Assembly: GCA_030524555.1 (NCBI GenBank)
Contig: JAUNGK010000002.1
Coordinates: 3,909 to 67,908, forward strand
Direction: 5' to 3'
Origin: Bacillota bacterium
GTDB lineage: Bacteria > Bacillota > Clostridia > Lachnospirales > Lachnospiraceae
Length of the DNA stretch: 64,000 bases
The notes under the pieces are model-generated. The model was not told the origin of the DNA. It worked only from the letters and a program-made list of their open reading frames with translations, and made no database searches. Both the position numbers and the translations under genes were made by a program. The stretch's first letter is position 1. Each line of letters opens with the position of its first letter. This document shows positions 56,401 through 64,000 of the stretch, one piece after another.

Positions 56401-56850
56401 GGAGAGCTGTTCCGGTTTATGGAAGTATACCAGATGGTAGAAAACGTTGTTAATGCTGCGTTGGTTTCAGAATTTGAGCTTCAGGTGTATAAAAATCCGG
56501 GAATGTCACTTGACGATATGAATAAGCTTTATTTCAGCCTGTCAAAAAAATACGGAATTTATTATAACAGCAGCATAACTGAAGTATATACCTGGGTGGA
56601 TATTCCTCATATATTTAATTCTCCCTGCTATTATATCGGCTATTCTACCTCGGCGCTTTCGGCGTTGGATATATTGACTATGGCGCAGGAGGACAGACAT
56701 GAGGCCGTTGAGAAATACATGGAGCTTACCACGCTTCCTACCTATATGCCCTATTGCGATGCCATAGAATATGTGGGTCTGCGGGATATTTTTGAGAAAG
56801 GTGTTCCGGCTGAGATTATTAAGGAAACTGAAGAGGTATTGTCCGAATAA
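53446..56850 (+). CDS. Fusion protein: polytopic (GT-C-like / YkoS-like) membrane domain plus a C-terminal M3-family (oligoendopeptidase F-like) zinc peptidase domain
   Basis: 1134 aa from ATG 53446. About 12 TM helices span the first roughly 430 aa, with an acidic motif VHDNLD in the first loop. A soluble region and an acidic coiled coil follow. The peptidase domain has HEFGH and a downstream Glu (CEIHSQGLE). Confidence 0.75.
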   Translation: MENKAFRKIASRWYLVIVFGFLIFAGLVFAICGEDSVIAVHDNLDLFTPQFQMLKDTKSFWSHDVYVPFLGGVSRDVLPSEFSLYTMLYMILPAYPAYIVGYLLKIVIALVSCILLAKDFCGEKYDSYKPLVWLVGMAYGVLNVFPAFGISFASIPLVIYLTRKIYRTPSVKWYLALFFYPLLSYFSYFGLFILAYMAVAFLWIWIKDKKFPLRILLAVIVLAVGFVVCEYRLFGTMLFSDEVTIRSTMESGSYSAKEILSTVFEGFLKGMFHAESMHMYLVLPVCIIYFIYLNASYIKNKNVKGIFHDVFNLLMLVLVFNSVVYGIYYWEGFRSIVETICPPLTGWQFNRTIFFSPFVWYAAFFLVLIRLYNGGERKKMLVANALAVLAIFIIVLSGNRYNDLYHTCYSKVYEMVKGEKADQLSYGEFFSKELFEEAKQDIGYCDQWSAAYGFYPAILEYNGISTIDGYLGFYPQDYKEAFGEVIRPALDRVEESRVYYDEWGARAYLYSGTDVSIINAGRSYQVSDHDIYIDIDAFKSLGGRYIFSRIELSNAEEAGLTLAGVYTHEDSPYTLYVYQTSSRYQSKEHSELTFEEMKSLSYDRERLETEIQELCDLAAEAEETKEASEKERVLELYESVMDEFVKLRTCQHMIEVVYYQNVLDEENSRRQEEITEDAVDMWDKLYSMLKEVCLSPYREVMETVIEPELVEALTEYEEMTDEEKESYLKENSLEQEYELAAQEDYFYEYGGEAWNTERLTLEGDTLSQEQWIEIYQGINRERNTALGEIYLELVELRTQMAREEEYENYGEYAYEELYVRDYSVEDAEEYFEEIRKKVVPSLTDMEQEYYSRDFSLLYDMPETTAKQRFAAVSPYLDQIDPELKETFDYMEKYQLYDMDPSYGKADTGFTIWLDYFGDAFIYDSPYGSYYDYTTAIHEFGHYHYMFRNTEDIMVKSNNIDLCEIHSQGLEMLFCEYDDEVLEGEAGELFRFMEVYQMVENVVNAALVSEFELQVYKNPGMSLDDMNKLYFSLSKKYGIYYNSSITEVYTWVDIPHIFNSPCYYIGYSTSALSALDILTMAQEDRHEAVEKYMELTTLPTYMPYCDAIEYVGLRDIFEKGVPAEIIKETEEVLSE

Positions 56851-56876
56851 AAAACGTAAATTTAATTTTTCATACA

Positions 56877-56922
56877 AAACGCCTGCCAGCTGGTATTTCA
56901 TAGTTCACAGTGGCAGGCGTTT
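56877..56922. terminator. Bidirectional terminator between the convergent fusion gene and prs
   Basis: 12-bp stem AAACGCCTGCCA (56877-56888) / TGGCAGGCGTTT (56911-56922) with a 22-nt loop. A and T runs flank it. Confidence 0.65.
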
Positions 56923-56955
56923 CGTAAAATATTAAAGATGGAGTGAAAAACAAAA

Positions 56956-58146
56956 TTAATCAATAACCTCACCGGTCTTGTATCTTGCAACGACTCTCTG
57001 AATACGTTCGCTGGGATCAAGAAGATCGCTGATAGAGGCATCATGGTTTAATGTATCAATTAAATATGCAATGTACTTGCTCATATCACAGTCGATGTAC
57101 CATTCCCTCTGAAGAAGCTCAGGAGTCTGATATACTAAATTAGTAGTAAGTACATTATCTATTATACCACATTCGTACGCTTTGTCAAAGCGTTCCAGAC
57201 CATTTGTAAATAATCCGAAGGTGGCGCAAATAAAAATCTTCCGAGCCCTTCTTTCTTTTAAGGCGGTAGCTACCTCCAGAACGCTTTCGCCCGAGGAGAT
57301 CATATCATCAATAATGATCATATCCTTGCCTTCTACAGAGGAGCCCAAAAATTCATGGGCAACAATGGGATTTCGTCCATTTACAATCCGGGTGTAATCA
57401 CGCCGCTTATAAAACATACCCATATCCAATCCCAGAACGTTTGCCATATAGATTGCGCGGCTCATTCCACCCTCGTCGGGGCTGATAGCCATCATATGGT
57501 TAGAATCAATGGAAAGGTCAGGTACGTGCTTTAACAGCCCCTTAATAAACTGATAGGTGGGCTGAACAGTCTCAAAGCCATGAAGAGGTATTGCATTTTG
57601 TACCCGGGGGTCATGAGCGTCAAAGGTAACAATGTTGTCTACGCCCATATGAACCATTTCCTGAAGGGCAAGCGCACAGTCAAGGGATTCCCGTGCTGTT
57701 CGTTTATGCTGTCTGCTTTCATAGAGGAAGGGCATGATAACGGTGATGCGTCTTGCCTTTCCGCCTACGGCTGCTATAATTCTCTTTAAATCCTGATAAT
57801 GGTCGTCAGGAGACATGTGATTTTCATGTCCGCACAGTGAGTAGGTCAGACTGTAATTTGCCACGTCTACAAGAAGGTAAAGATCGGTTCCGCGGACGGA
57901 CTCTAAAATCATTCCTTTTGCTTCACCGGAGCCGAAACGGGGTACTTTAGCCTTTAGAATATAAGAATCACGCTGGTAACCGGAAAAGGCTAAGCTGTTT
58001 TTGTGTTCGCTTTCGCGGACGGTACGCCATTTTACCAGATAATCATTAACCTTTTCTCCCAGAGATTTGCAGCCCTCTAAAGGGATAATGCCGAGAGAAC
58101 CTACAGGAATGGTTTCCAAGTTTCTTGTTTCTTCACGCTGTGCCAT
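56956..58146 (-). CDS. prs: Ribose-phosphate pyrophosphokinase (long form)
   Basis: 396 aa with the PRPP-binding loop IIIDDMISSGES and Prs-type N-terminal domain motifs. It has terminal extensions relative to the enzymes of about 315 aa. Confidence 0.88.
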   Translation of the reverse strand: MAQREETRNLETIPVGSLGIIPLEGCKSLGEKVNDYLVKWRTVRESEHKNSLAFSGYQRDSYILKAKVPRFGSGEAKGMILESVRGTDLYLLVDVANYSLTYSLCGHENHMSPDDHYQDLKRIIAAVGGKARRITVIMPFLYESRQHKRTARESLDCALALQEMVHMGVDNIVTFDAHDPRVQNAIPLHGFETVQPTYQFIKGLLKHVPDLSIDSNHMMAISPDEGGMSRAIYMANVLGLDMGMFYKRRDYTRIVNGRNPIVAHEFLGSSVEGKDMIIIDDMISSGESVLEVATALKERRARKIFICATFGLFTNGLERFDKAYECGIIDNVLTTNLVYQTPELLQREWYIDCDMSKYIAYLIDTLNHDASISDLLDPSERIQRVVARYKTGEVID

Positions 58147-58162
58147 GAAGGTACCTCACTTT

Positions 58163-59122
58163 CTATTTTGAAGTCTTTTTTAATCGCCGGATGTCTGGCC
58201 CTGTAAATTTACAAATAGTGTAATTATTTGTAATTCTGGAGAATATACGCTCCGAATAATGACTTTGAATATCCTCCAAAAAAAGATTGGTAGAAATTAT
58301 GGTGGATTTCTGATTTAAATGCCGCTCGTTCAATAAGGAGAAAAATTGTGAAGCGGTGGCATTGTTAATATATTCTGTTCCCAAATCGTCAATAATAAGC
58401 AAATCACAGCCGTACAAATCTTCCTTAAAGAGATGTACTTCATTATTCCTGTAATCAAACATGTTCCTTGATAAGGTTTCGAAGAGTCCGGCGGCACTGA
58501 AATAAATTACGGAACAGCCCTTTTCAATCAGTTCGCGGGCAATGCAGCCGGATAGAAAGGATTTGCCCGTACCCACTGTACCATAAAAAAATAAATTATG
58601 GTAGTCTGAATCGAAAGATTTTATAAAATCCTTGCAGGTATTGACATTTTTTTGGAAGGAGGCAAGGTCGTCTCCCTGATAATAATCATAAGAAAGCGTG
58701 CTGAAATTTTCTTTTTCAAGCATATCCCGTATACCGGACTGCTCGTAGAGAAGATTAATTTCAGCCTGTTTAAAGCAATGGCATTTGTGGCCGTCGATGT
58801 ATCCGGTATCCTGGCAGTCGGGACAGTCGTAGATGGGTGAGAGATAATCGGGTGAAAGGCCGGCTGCAATTAAAAGCTCCTCCTTCATGGAAGAAAGCCT
58901 GCTGATGGTAGATTTCAAGTCGCTTAAGGCATTTTCATCGCCATCAAGAAGCTTTTTGCCCTGAGATACAGAAATTGCAGCTATCGATTCCGCTAACTCG
59001 CGATAGCCGTCCACATGCTGGTAAACATACGCAGTGCGTTCTTCCAGTAAATGACGGTTTCTGGTTTGCCTGTCCTCATATTCCCGGATAATGGTGTCAT
59101 ATTGAGAATTACTTAGTGCCAC
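58163..59122 (-). CDS. DnaI/DnaC-type AAA+ helicase loader
   Basis: 319 aa. Zn-ribbon-like CPDCQDTGY...HKCHC, Walker A GTVGTGKS and Walker B LLIIDDLG are present. Confidence 0.8.
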   Translation of the reverse strand: MALSNSQYDTIIREYEDRQTRNRHLLEERTAYVYQHVDGYRELAESIAAISVSQGKKLLDGDENALSDLKSTISRLSSMKEELLIAAGLSPDYLSPIYDCPDCQDTGYIDGHKCHCFKQAEINLLYEQSGIRDMLEKENFSTLSYDYYQGDDLASFQKNVNTCKDFIKSFDSDYHNLFFYGTVGTGKSFLSGCIARELIEKGCSVIYFSAAGLFETLSRNMFDYRNNEVHLFKEDLYGCDLLIIDDLGTEYINNATASQFFSLLNERHLNQKSTIISTNLFLEDIQSHYSERIFSRITNNYTICKFTGPDIRRLKKTSK

Positions 59123-59151
59123 AGTCGGTCTCCTTATAGTAGGTATGGTAA

Positions 59152-60192
59152 TTAATTGCTGAGAAGTTCCTTTTCAAGTGCATCAAAATCATAGCTCCGC
59201 TGAGGAAATTGATTAAAAGACCGTGCTGCGCAAGCTGACTTCGAAGCGGAATTTTTGTTTCTGGCATAAGCTTCATCCAAATTCTGAATGTCAGTTTTAT
59301 GATGTACCTGTTTCTTGTACCAGCTGGTAAGGATACTGTCAGCATATTCAAAGCGGTGCTTATCTGTAGCCATAACGGTTCGGCTGCAGGCCTCAAGAAT
59401 AATATCCTGCGTAAAGCCATATTCATTGCTCCACTTAAGAGCAAAATCGGCTTCCGCTTTGGTAGGAACGCCGGATTTGCCGAGAGCCTTCATAATATCA
59501 TAGACAGTTTTGTCGTATTTGGCAGCAGCTTTGGCCGCCTGCTTAGGGGTGGTAATTCCCTCTTCGGCCCAGCTTATGGCAACCTTTTCTATGTAACGAA
59601 AATCTTTTTTGCCCTTTCCCACGCAGTATTGGATCAGGTAGTCAATCAGATCCTCTGAAAATTTAAGCCTGTCCGTAAAGAAAATAATGGTTTTTATTTC
59701 GGAGGGGCTTAAGGGCTTACCTAAATACTGCTCGGCAACAAAGATAATCTGTGAGGTTTCTTCGTTATTTTTAAATTCCTTTAGTTGATCCAGCGTATAA
59801 GCGGGCTTTGAAAAATCACCCTTTTCTGTGGGAGCCTCCGGCTTAGAAGGGAGGGGAACAACAGGGGCAAGTGAAACGGAAGCCTCTCCGTCTCTGTGGG
59901 AAGCGTCCAGAAGCTGGATACCGATCAGATTTTTGGCGTCGTCATGCTCCAAGGCAAGGAGATGATTCTTCTCCCAGTATTTTAATGCGCGCACAACGTC
60001 CTTCTCAGTGTGGTTAAACTTGTCCGCAATATCAGACACACTGGTAGACTGGCCTGCACTCATCATACGGAGCAGATAAAGATATATTTTCAGCTGTGCA
60101 TCATTTGCATCCTTCATATATTCATCAATAAATAAATTGGAAACTACCGTAACATCAGCACAGCTTTGCTGATAAATTTTAAAACGACCCAT
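59152..60192 (-). CDS. DnaD-domain replication initiation protein (B. subtilis DnaB/DnaD-like)
   Basis: 346 aa. An N-terminal winged-helix-like region is followed by two DnaD/DnaB_2-type repeats (...YIEKVAISWAEEGITT... and ...YADSILTSWYKKQV...). Confidence 0.8.
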   Translation of the reverse strand: MGRFKIYQQSCADVTVVSNLFIDEYMKDANDAQLKIYLYLLRMMSAGQSTSVSDIADKFNHTEKDVVRALKYWEKNHLLALEHDDAKNLIGIQLLDASHRDGEASVSLAPVVPLPSKPEAPTEKGDFSKPAYTLDQLKEFKNNEETSQIIFVAEQYLGKPLSPSEIKTIIFFTDRLKFSEDLIDYLIQYCVGKGKKDFRYIEKVAISWAEEGITTPKQAAKAAAKYDKTVYDIMKALGKSGVPTKAEADFALKWSNEYGFTQDIILEACSRTVMATDKHRFEYADSILTSWYKKQVHHKTDIQNLDEAYARNKNSASKSACAARSFNQFPQRSYDFDALEKELLSN

Positions 60193-60239
60193 AAAAGTTA
60201 CCTGACCTTATTTTATTTACACGAATTAAAGCAAAATGA

Positions 60240-60267
60240 ATTATAACACAGGCAATTTGAAATTGAA
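60240..60267 (-). promoter_or_regulatory. Sigma-A promoter candidate for the dnaD-like/dnaI-like operon
   Basis: On the minus strand: TTCAAT (60262-60267), 16 nt, then TGtTATAAT (-10 at 60240-45). Confidence 0.45.
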
Positions 60268-60315
60268 ATAGGAAAAATGCCTAAAATCCCAGTGTTTTCA
60301 AGGGATGCGGGCATT

Positions 60316-60342
60316 TGTGGACAATGTGGACAATGTGGATAT
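60316..60342 (+). promoter_or_regulatory. Three directly abutting DnaA boxes
   Basis: TGTGGACAA (60316-24), TGTGGACAA (60325-33), TGTGGATAT (60334-42). Each has 1 mismatch to TGTGGATAA, the complement of TTATCCACA. Confidence 0.7.
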
Positions 60343-60418
60343 TTTATCTCTTTCGGAAGAAAAAATAAAAAATAATCATGAAATCCGCCGGATCAAAAGG
60401 GGTTTGTCAGACCAAAAT

Positions 60419-60427
60419 ATATCCACA
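60419..60427 (-). promoter_or_regulatory. DnaA box in inverted orientation
   Basis: ATATCCACA has 1 mismatch to TTATCCACA. Confidence 0.5.
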
Positions 60428-60456
60428 TATTTCAAACGGGTTTTTACGTTAAAATA

Positions 60457-60474
60457 TGTGGACAATGTGGATAA
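60457..60474 (+). promoter_or_regulatory. Two directly abutting DnaA boxes
   Basis: TGTGGACAA (60457-65, 1 mismatch) and TGTGGATAA (60466-74, perfect). They end at the murC stop codon. Confidence 0.7.
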
Positions 60475-61854
60475 TTATTTTTTTAGAAGATTTTCTCCAA
60501 TGTTTATCACGTCTCCGGCCCCCATAGTTATCAACAAATCTCCGGGTGCGCAATTTTTTAAAATAAATTTTTCTATTTCATCAAAGCTGGGAAAATAGTA
60601 GCAGGTTTTTCCAAGCTTACAAATCTCCTGCTGAAGAGTTTGTGAACTGATCCCCAGATTGTCGGTTTCCCTTGCGGCATAAATGTCGGCAAGAATAATC
60701 TGATCAGCGTTAGATAACGCCCTGGCAAAGTCCTTCATAAACGCTTTGGTGCGGGTGTAGGTATGGGGCTGGAACACACACCAGAGAGTTTTGTGGGGAT
60801 AATTTGCCGCTGCTTTTAAAGTTGCAGTAATTTCTGTGGGATGATGTGCATAATCATCTATTATAACAATTCCGTTTACTTCACCCTTATATTCGAAACG
60901 GCGGTCTGTTCCATGAAATTCAGACAAAGCCTTGCGGACAACCGTGTGATCAATATCGAAAAGATCTGCAAGCACAATGGCGGCAAGGGCATTGTAAATG
61001 TTATGTTCTCCGGGAACGCCGAGGGAAAAGGAGCCTATATCAGAGCCCTTTCGTACAACCGAAAATCTGGCGCAGCCCTTATCGTCGTAGGAAATTTCCG
61101 ACGGCCTGTAATCGCAGCCTATCGAACTGCCAAAAGTGATAATCTTGCAGGACAGCCCGCAGGTAATGGAGGACAGCTCTGGAATATCGCCGTTTATAAT
61201 AAGAGCGCCGTCATCTGGAATAAGAGCGGCAAAGCGGTGGAAGGAGCTGCGGATATCATTAATGTCCTTGAAGAAATCCAGATGATCCTCTTCCACATTA
61301 AGTATGATGCCGATTTTGGGGAAAAAGCTTAAAAAGCTGTTGGTATATTCACAGGCTTCCGTGACAAAATAGTCGGAATGGCCGATTCGAATGTTGCCGC
61401 CGATGGTTTTTAATATGCCGCCGATGGACAAAGTAGGGTCGGTATCTGCAGCAAGCAGGATTTCGGAAATCATGGAAGTAGTAGTAGTTTTGCCATGGGT
61501 TCCACTGACTGCAACCGGCAGTTTATAATTCTTCATGATCTGTCCAAGGAGCTGAGCCCTTGTAAGGGAAGGAATATTCTTTTCCTGCATGGCCACATAT
61601 TCCGGATTGTCGGGATGGATGGCGCTGGTATATACAATAAGGTCAATATCATCAGTAATGTTTTTAGCATTTTGTCCGTAATAAACGGTGGCTCCCCTGC
61701 TTATTAAAAGCTGGGTCAGTGAGGATTCCTTAGCGTCGGAGCCGGAAACGGTAAAGCCCTCTTCCAGTAGGATTTCCGCCAGCCCGCTCATGCTGATGCC
61801 GCCGATTCCTATAAAGTATATGTGAATAGGATGTTGAAAATTAATCTGATACAT
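60475..61854 (-). CDS. murC: UDP-N-acetylmuramate--L-alanine ligase
   Basis: From ATG 61854 (RBS GGAGG): MYQINF...IYFIGIGGISMSGLAEIL and the P-loop GTHGKTTTTSM. The track start at 61887 is an over-extension. Confidence 0.93.
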   Translation of the reverse strand: MYQINFQHPIHIYFIGIGGISMSGLAEILLEEGFTVSGSDAKESSLTQLLISRGATVYYGQNAKNITDDIDLIVYTSAIHPDNPEYVAMQEKNIPSLTRAQLLGQIMKNYKLPVAVSGTHGKTTTTSMISEILLAADTDPTLSIGGILKTIGGNIRIGHSDYFVTEACEYTNSFLSFFPKIGIILNVEEDHLDFFKDINDIRSSFHRFAALIPDDGALIINGDIPELSSITCGLSCKIITFGSSIGCDYRPSEISYDDKGCARFSVVRKGSDIGSFSLGVPGEHNIYNALAAIVLADLFDIDHTVVRKALSEFHGTDRRFEYKGEVNGIVIIDDYAHHPTEITATLKAAANYPHKTLWCVFQPHTYTRTKAFMKDFARALSNADQIILADIYAARETDNLGISSQTLQQEICKLGKTCYYFPSFDEIEKFILKNCAPGDLLITMGAGDVINIGENLLKK

Positions 61855-62075
61855 GAAGACCTCCATTGCAAATTTTGCAGCTGTCAATTTGCTATATTAG
61901 TTTTAACCTAATTATATATAATTACACCGTAAAAACCAATGGCATTTTAAATAAAAAACGTAAGAAGAAGGGAAAATATTGTAAATTTTGCGATAAAGAG
62001 AGAGCCGGCAAGACAAAACATTGTAAAAAACTAACATAAAAGTAATAAATTGTTGTAATTTTTTTGTAAAAAATA

Positions 62076-62104
62076 TTCACTTTTAAAGGGATATATGGTA
62101 TACT
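62076..62104 (+). promoter_or_regulatory. Sigma-A promoter candidate for glgC (TTCACT-17 nt-TATACT with a TG extension)
   Basis: -35 at 62076-62081 and TGgTATACT ending at 62104. Confidence 0.45.
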
Positions 62105-62175
62105 ATTCATACGTTTTATGATTGGTACCTGTATCAAAAATATAGCAATAAAATTTACTTGTAAGAGGTGATGAC

Positions 62176-63450
62176 ATGATTAAGAAAGAAATGATTGCCA
62201 TGTTGTTAGCAGGTGGTCAGGGAAGCAGGCTGGGAGTCCTTACATCCAAGGTGGCCAAGCCGGCGGTATCTTTTGGGGGAAAATACCGTATTATTGACTT
62301 CCCATTAAGCAACTGTATCAATTCAGGGGTTGATACGGTGGGAGTGCTGACTCAGTATCAGCCGCTCCGATTGAATACTCATATCGGTATCGGCATTCCC
62401 TGGGATCTGGACAGAAATATTGGTGGTGTTACGGTACTTCCTCCTTATGAGAAGATAACCAACAGTGAGTGGTATACCGGTACCGCCAACGCAATTTATC
62501 AGAATTTGGATTACATGGAAAGCTTTAATCCGGAATATGTTCTGATACTTTCCGGAGACCATATATACAAGATGGATTATGAGGTTATGTTGGATTTCCA
62601 TAAGGAGAAGGGGGCAGATGTGACGATTGCGGTTATGCCGGTTCCTATGGAAGAGGCTAAGCGTTTCGGAATCATGATTACGGATGAGAACCGCAGAATC
62701 ACAGATTTCGAGGAAAAGCCCGCTAACCCCAGAAGCAACCTTGCATCCATGGGAATTTACATCTTTAACTGGAAGGCCTTGAAAGAGGCGCTCCTGGCTA
62801 ATGCCGAGCAGCCGGGACTGGACTTTGGCAAACATATTATCCCCTATTGTCACGGAAAGGGAGAACCACTTTATGCTTATGAGTTCACCGGATACTGGAA
62901 GGATGTAGGAACACTGAACTCCTACTGGCAGGCTAACATGGAGCTGATCGATATCGTTCCGGAATTTAATCTGTATGAGGAATATTGGAAGATTTACACG
63001 AGAAGTGAGATCCTGCCTCCTCAGTATATTGCCGATAATACCGTGGTTGAGCGAAGCATCATTGGAGAAGGCTCCGAAATATACGGAAAGGTTTATAATT
63101 CCGTAATCGGCTGCGGAGTTACCATAGGTAAGGATACCATAGTCCGTGATTCTATTATTATGAATAACACGAATATCGGAAGCGGATGCGAGCTTTATAA
63201 GGCAATTGTTGCAGAGAATGTAGAAATAGGAAATTATGTCAAGCTGGGTATCGGGGAAGAAGCGGAGAATGAGACAGATCCCCATATTTATAACAGCGGT
63301 ATAGTTACCATAGGAGAAAAGAGTGTGATACCGGATAATATTACGGTAGGCAAGAACTCCTGTATATTCGGTGTGACTTCATTGGAGGATTTCCCGGATA
63401 AATCTCTTGCAAGCGGAAAAACATTAATTAAGGCAGGTGATGAAAAGTGA
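62176..63450 (+). CDS. glgC: Glucose-1-phosphate adenylyltransferase
   Basis: 424 aa with the N-terminus [29 protein letters not shown] and a C-terminal left-handed beta-helix. Confidence 0.93.
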   Translation: MIKKEMIAMLLAGGQGSRLGVLTSKVAKPAVSFGGKYRIIDFPLSNCINSGVDTVGVLTQYQPLRLNTHIGIGIPWDLDRNIGGVTVLPPYEKITNSEWYTGTANAIYQNLDYMESFNPEYVLILSGDHIYKMDYEVMLDFHKEKGADVTIAVMPVPMEEAKRFGIMITDENRRITDFEEKPANPRSNLASMGIYIFNWKALKEALLANAEQPGLDFGKHIIPYCHGKGEPLYAYEFTGYWKDVGTLNSYWQANMELIDIVPEFNLYEEYWKIYTRSEILPPQYIADNTVVERSIIGEGSEIYGKVYNSVIGCGVTIGKDTIVRDSIIMNNTNIGSGCELYKAIVAENVEIGNYVKLGIGEEAENETDPHIYNSGIVTIGEKSVIPDNITVGKNSCIFGVTSLEDFPDKSLASGKTLIKAGDEK

Positions 63451-64000
63451 GAGCAATCGGTATAGTTTTAGCAGGTGGAAACAGTTTCAGAATGAAGGAA
63501 CTTTCCCAGAAGAGAGCCGTATGTGCAATGCCTATTGCAGGCAGCTACAGAAGTATTGATTTTGCACTTAGCAACATGTCCAATTCCCATATTCAGAAGG
63601 TAGCAGTATTTACACAGTACAATGCCAGAAGCTTAAATGAGCATTTGAGCTCCTCCAAATGGTGGGATTTCGGACGTAAGCAGGGCGGTTTGTCTGTATT
63701 TACACCGGCAGTTACTGCGGAGAGCAATTTCTGGTACAGAGGTACAGCAGACGCCATTGCTCAGAACCTTTCATTTTTGAAAAACAGTCATGAGCCTTAT
63801 GTTGTAATTGCCTCTGGTGACTGTGTATACAAGATGGATTACAATAAGGTACTGGAATATCATATAGCTAAAAAGGCTGATATTACAGTGGTATGCAAGG
63901 ATATGGGACCTGACGTTAATGTGGATCGTTACGGTACTGTTAAGATGAACGAGGAAAGCCGTATCGAAGAGTTTGAGGAGAAGCCTGTTGTGGCTAAATC
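63447..64000 (+). CDS. glgD: Glucose-1-phosphate adenylyltransferase subunit GlgD (3' end beyond window)
   Basis: Manual translation from GTG 63447, which overlaps the glgC TGA, gives [47 protein letters not shown]... It is open to the window end and is a GlgC paralog in the usual glgC-glgD arrangement of Firmicutes. Confidence 0.85.
   Translation, partial: MRAIGIVLAGGNSFRMKELSQKRAVCAMPIAGSYRSIDFALSNMSNSHIQKVAVFTQYNARSLNEHLSSSKWWDFGRKQGGLSVFTPAVTAESNFWYRGTADAIAQNLSFLKNSHEPYVVIASGDCVYKMDYNKVLEYHIAKKADITVVCKDMGPDVNVDRYGTVKMNEESRIEEFEEKPVVAK

Noticed and set aside
58163-60192. DnaD-domain and DnaC/IstB-like ATPase pair, considered as a prophage or plasmid replication module
   Set aside because: No integrase, recombinase, repressor, structural or att-like repeats are nearby. 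The pair is flanked by housekeeping genes (prs, murC). The order mirrors the chromosomal dnaB-dnaI operon of Bacillus.
60343-60418. AT-rich tract between the DnaA-box groups, considered as a DNA-unwinding element of a second or relocated oriC
   Set aside because: There is no dnaA/dnaN/rpmH context and I could not parse a DnaA-trio-like repeat pattern next to the boxes. The flanking genes are an ordinary operon promoter region. A regulatory or titration cluster is the more conservative reading.
60305-60598. 97-aa ORF spanning the DnaA-box region and the 3' end of murC
   Set aside because: Its repetitive VDNVDNVD segments are simply the translation of the tandem DnaA boxes. It overlaps murC antisense and has no RBS.
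62323-63285. 320-aa ORF antisense to glgC
   Set aside because: The same reasoning applies. glgC on the + strand has unambiguous motifs. The antisense product is low-complexity-like, with no recognisable motif or translation signals.
1-64000. Window-wide look for CRISPR arrays, tRNA or rRNA genes, IS elements or transposases, integrases, reverse transcriptases, toxin-antitoxin pairs and known defence genes
   Set aside because: I recognised none. Intergenic regions are short and are explained by promoters, terminators or leaders. Every long ORF has a housekeeping, metabolic or envelope assignment. A by-eye scan cannot exclude small or highly divergent elements.

Overview
The window reads as a contiguous chromosomal segment of a spore-forming Firmicute, probably Clostridia and Lachnospiraceae-like. 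That guess rests on spoVT, spoIID, a SpoIIQ-like gene, gene content and moderate GC judged by eye. I annotate about 52 protein-coding genes, mostly on the + strand. I found no rRNA, tRNA, CRISPR array, transposase, integrase or obvious prophage or defence island.

Gene content in order:
- a truncated OmpR-type response regulator and mutS2
- an operon of a polytopic membrane protein, a PflX-type radical SAM protein, a GHL6-like hydrolase, a ketose 3-epimerase and L-fucose isomerase, followed by a cytoplasmic GH9 enzyme
- spoVT and a stand-alone C39-like peptidase
- a sulfur amino-acid block (trans-sulfuration PLP enzyme, MalY/PatB-type lyase, cysK) followed by an Opp-type peptide ABC importer and an M20 amidohydrolase
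- an Eis-like GNAT
- a LytTR response regulator with a membrane-less GHKL kinase and a 2-ATPase / 2-permease ABC-2 system
- a T-box(Ile)-controlled type-2 ileS
- glgP, a two-domain PPK2, an aconitase-family hydratase and a DUF368 membrane protein
- an EF-hand protein, spoIID, a fully degenerate LytM protein and an amidohydrolase
- a GH9-like lipoprotein, ddl, murF, plsC and a GT2
- a 1134-aa membrane protein fused to an M3 peptidase
- prs, DnaI-like and DnaD/DnaB-like replication loader genes, murC, glgC and glgD (partial)

No canonical novel system is obvious. The signals most worth follow-up are:
1. a dense array of six DnaA boxes upstream of the helicase-loader operon
2. the GT2 plus GT-C-like::M3-peptidase fusion
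3. the soluble LytTR-type two-component pair wired to an unusual ABC system
4. the fucI plus ketose-3-epimerase operon, which lacks a kinase and an aldolase

All family calls come from motif recognition by eye. No database search was run.
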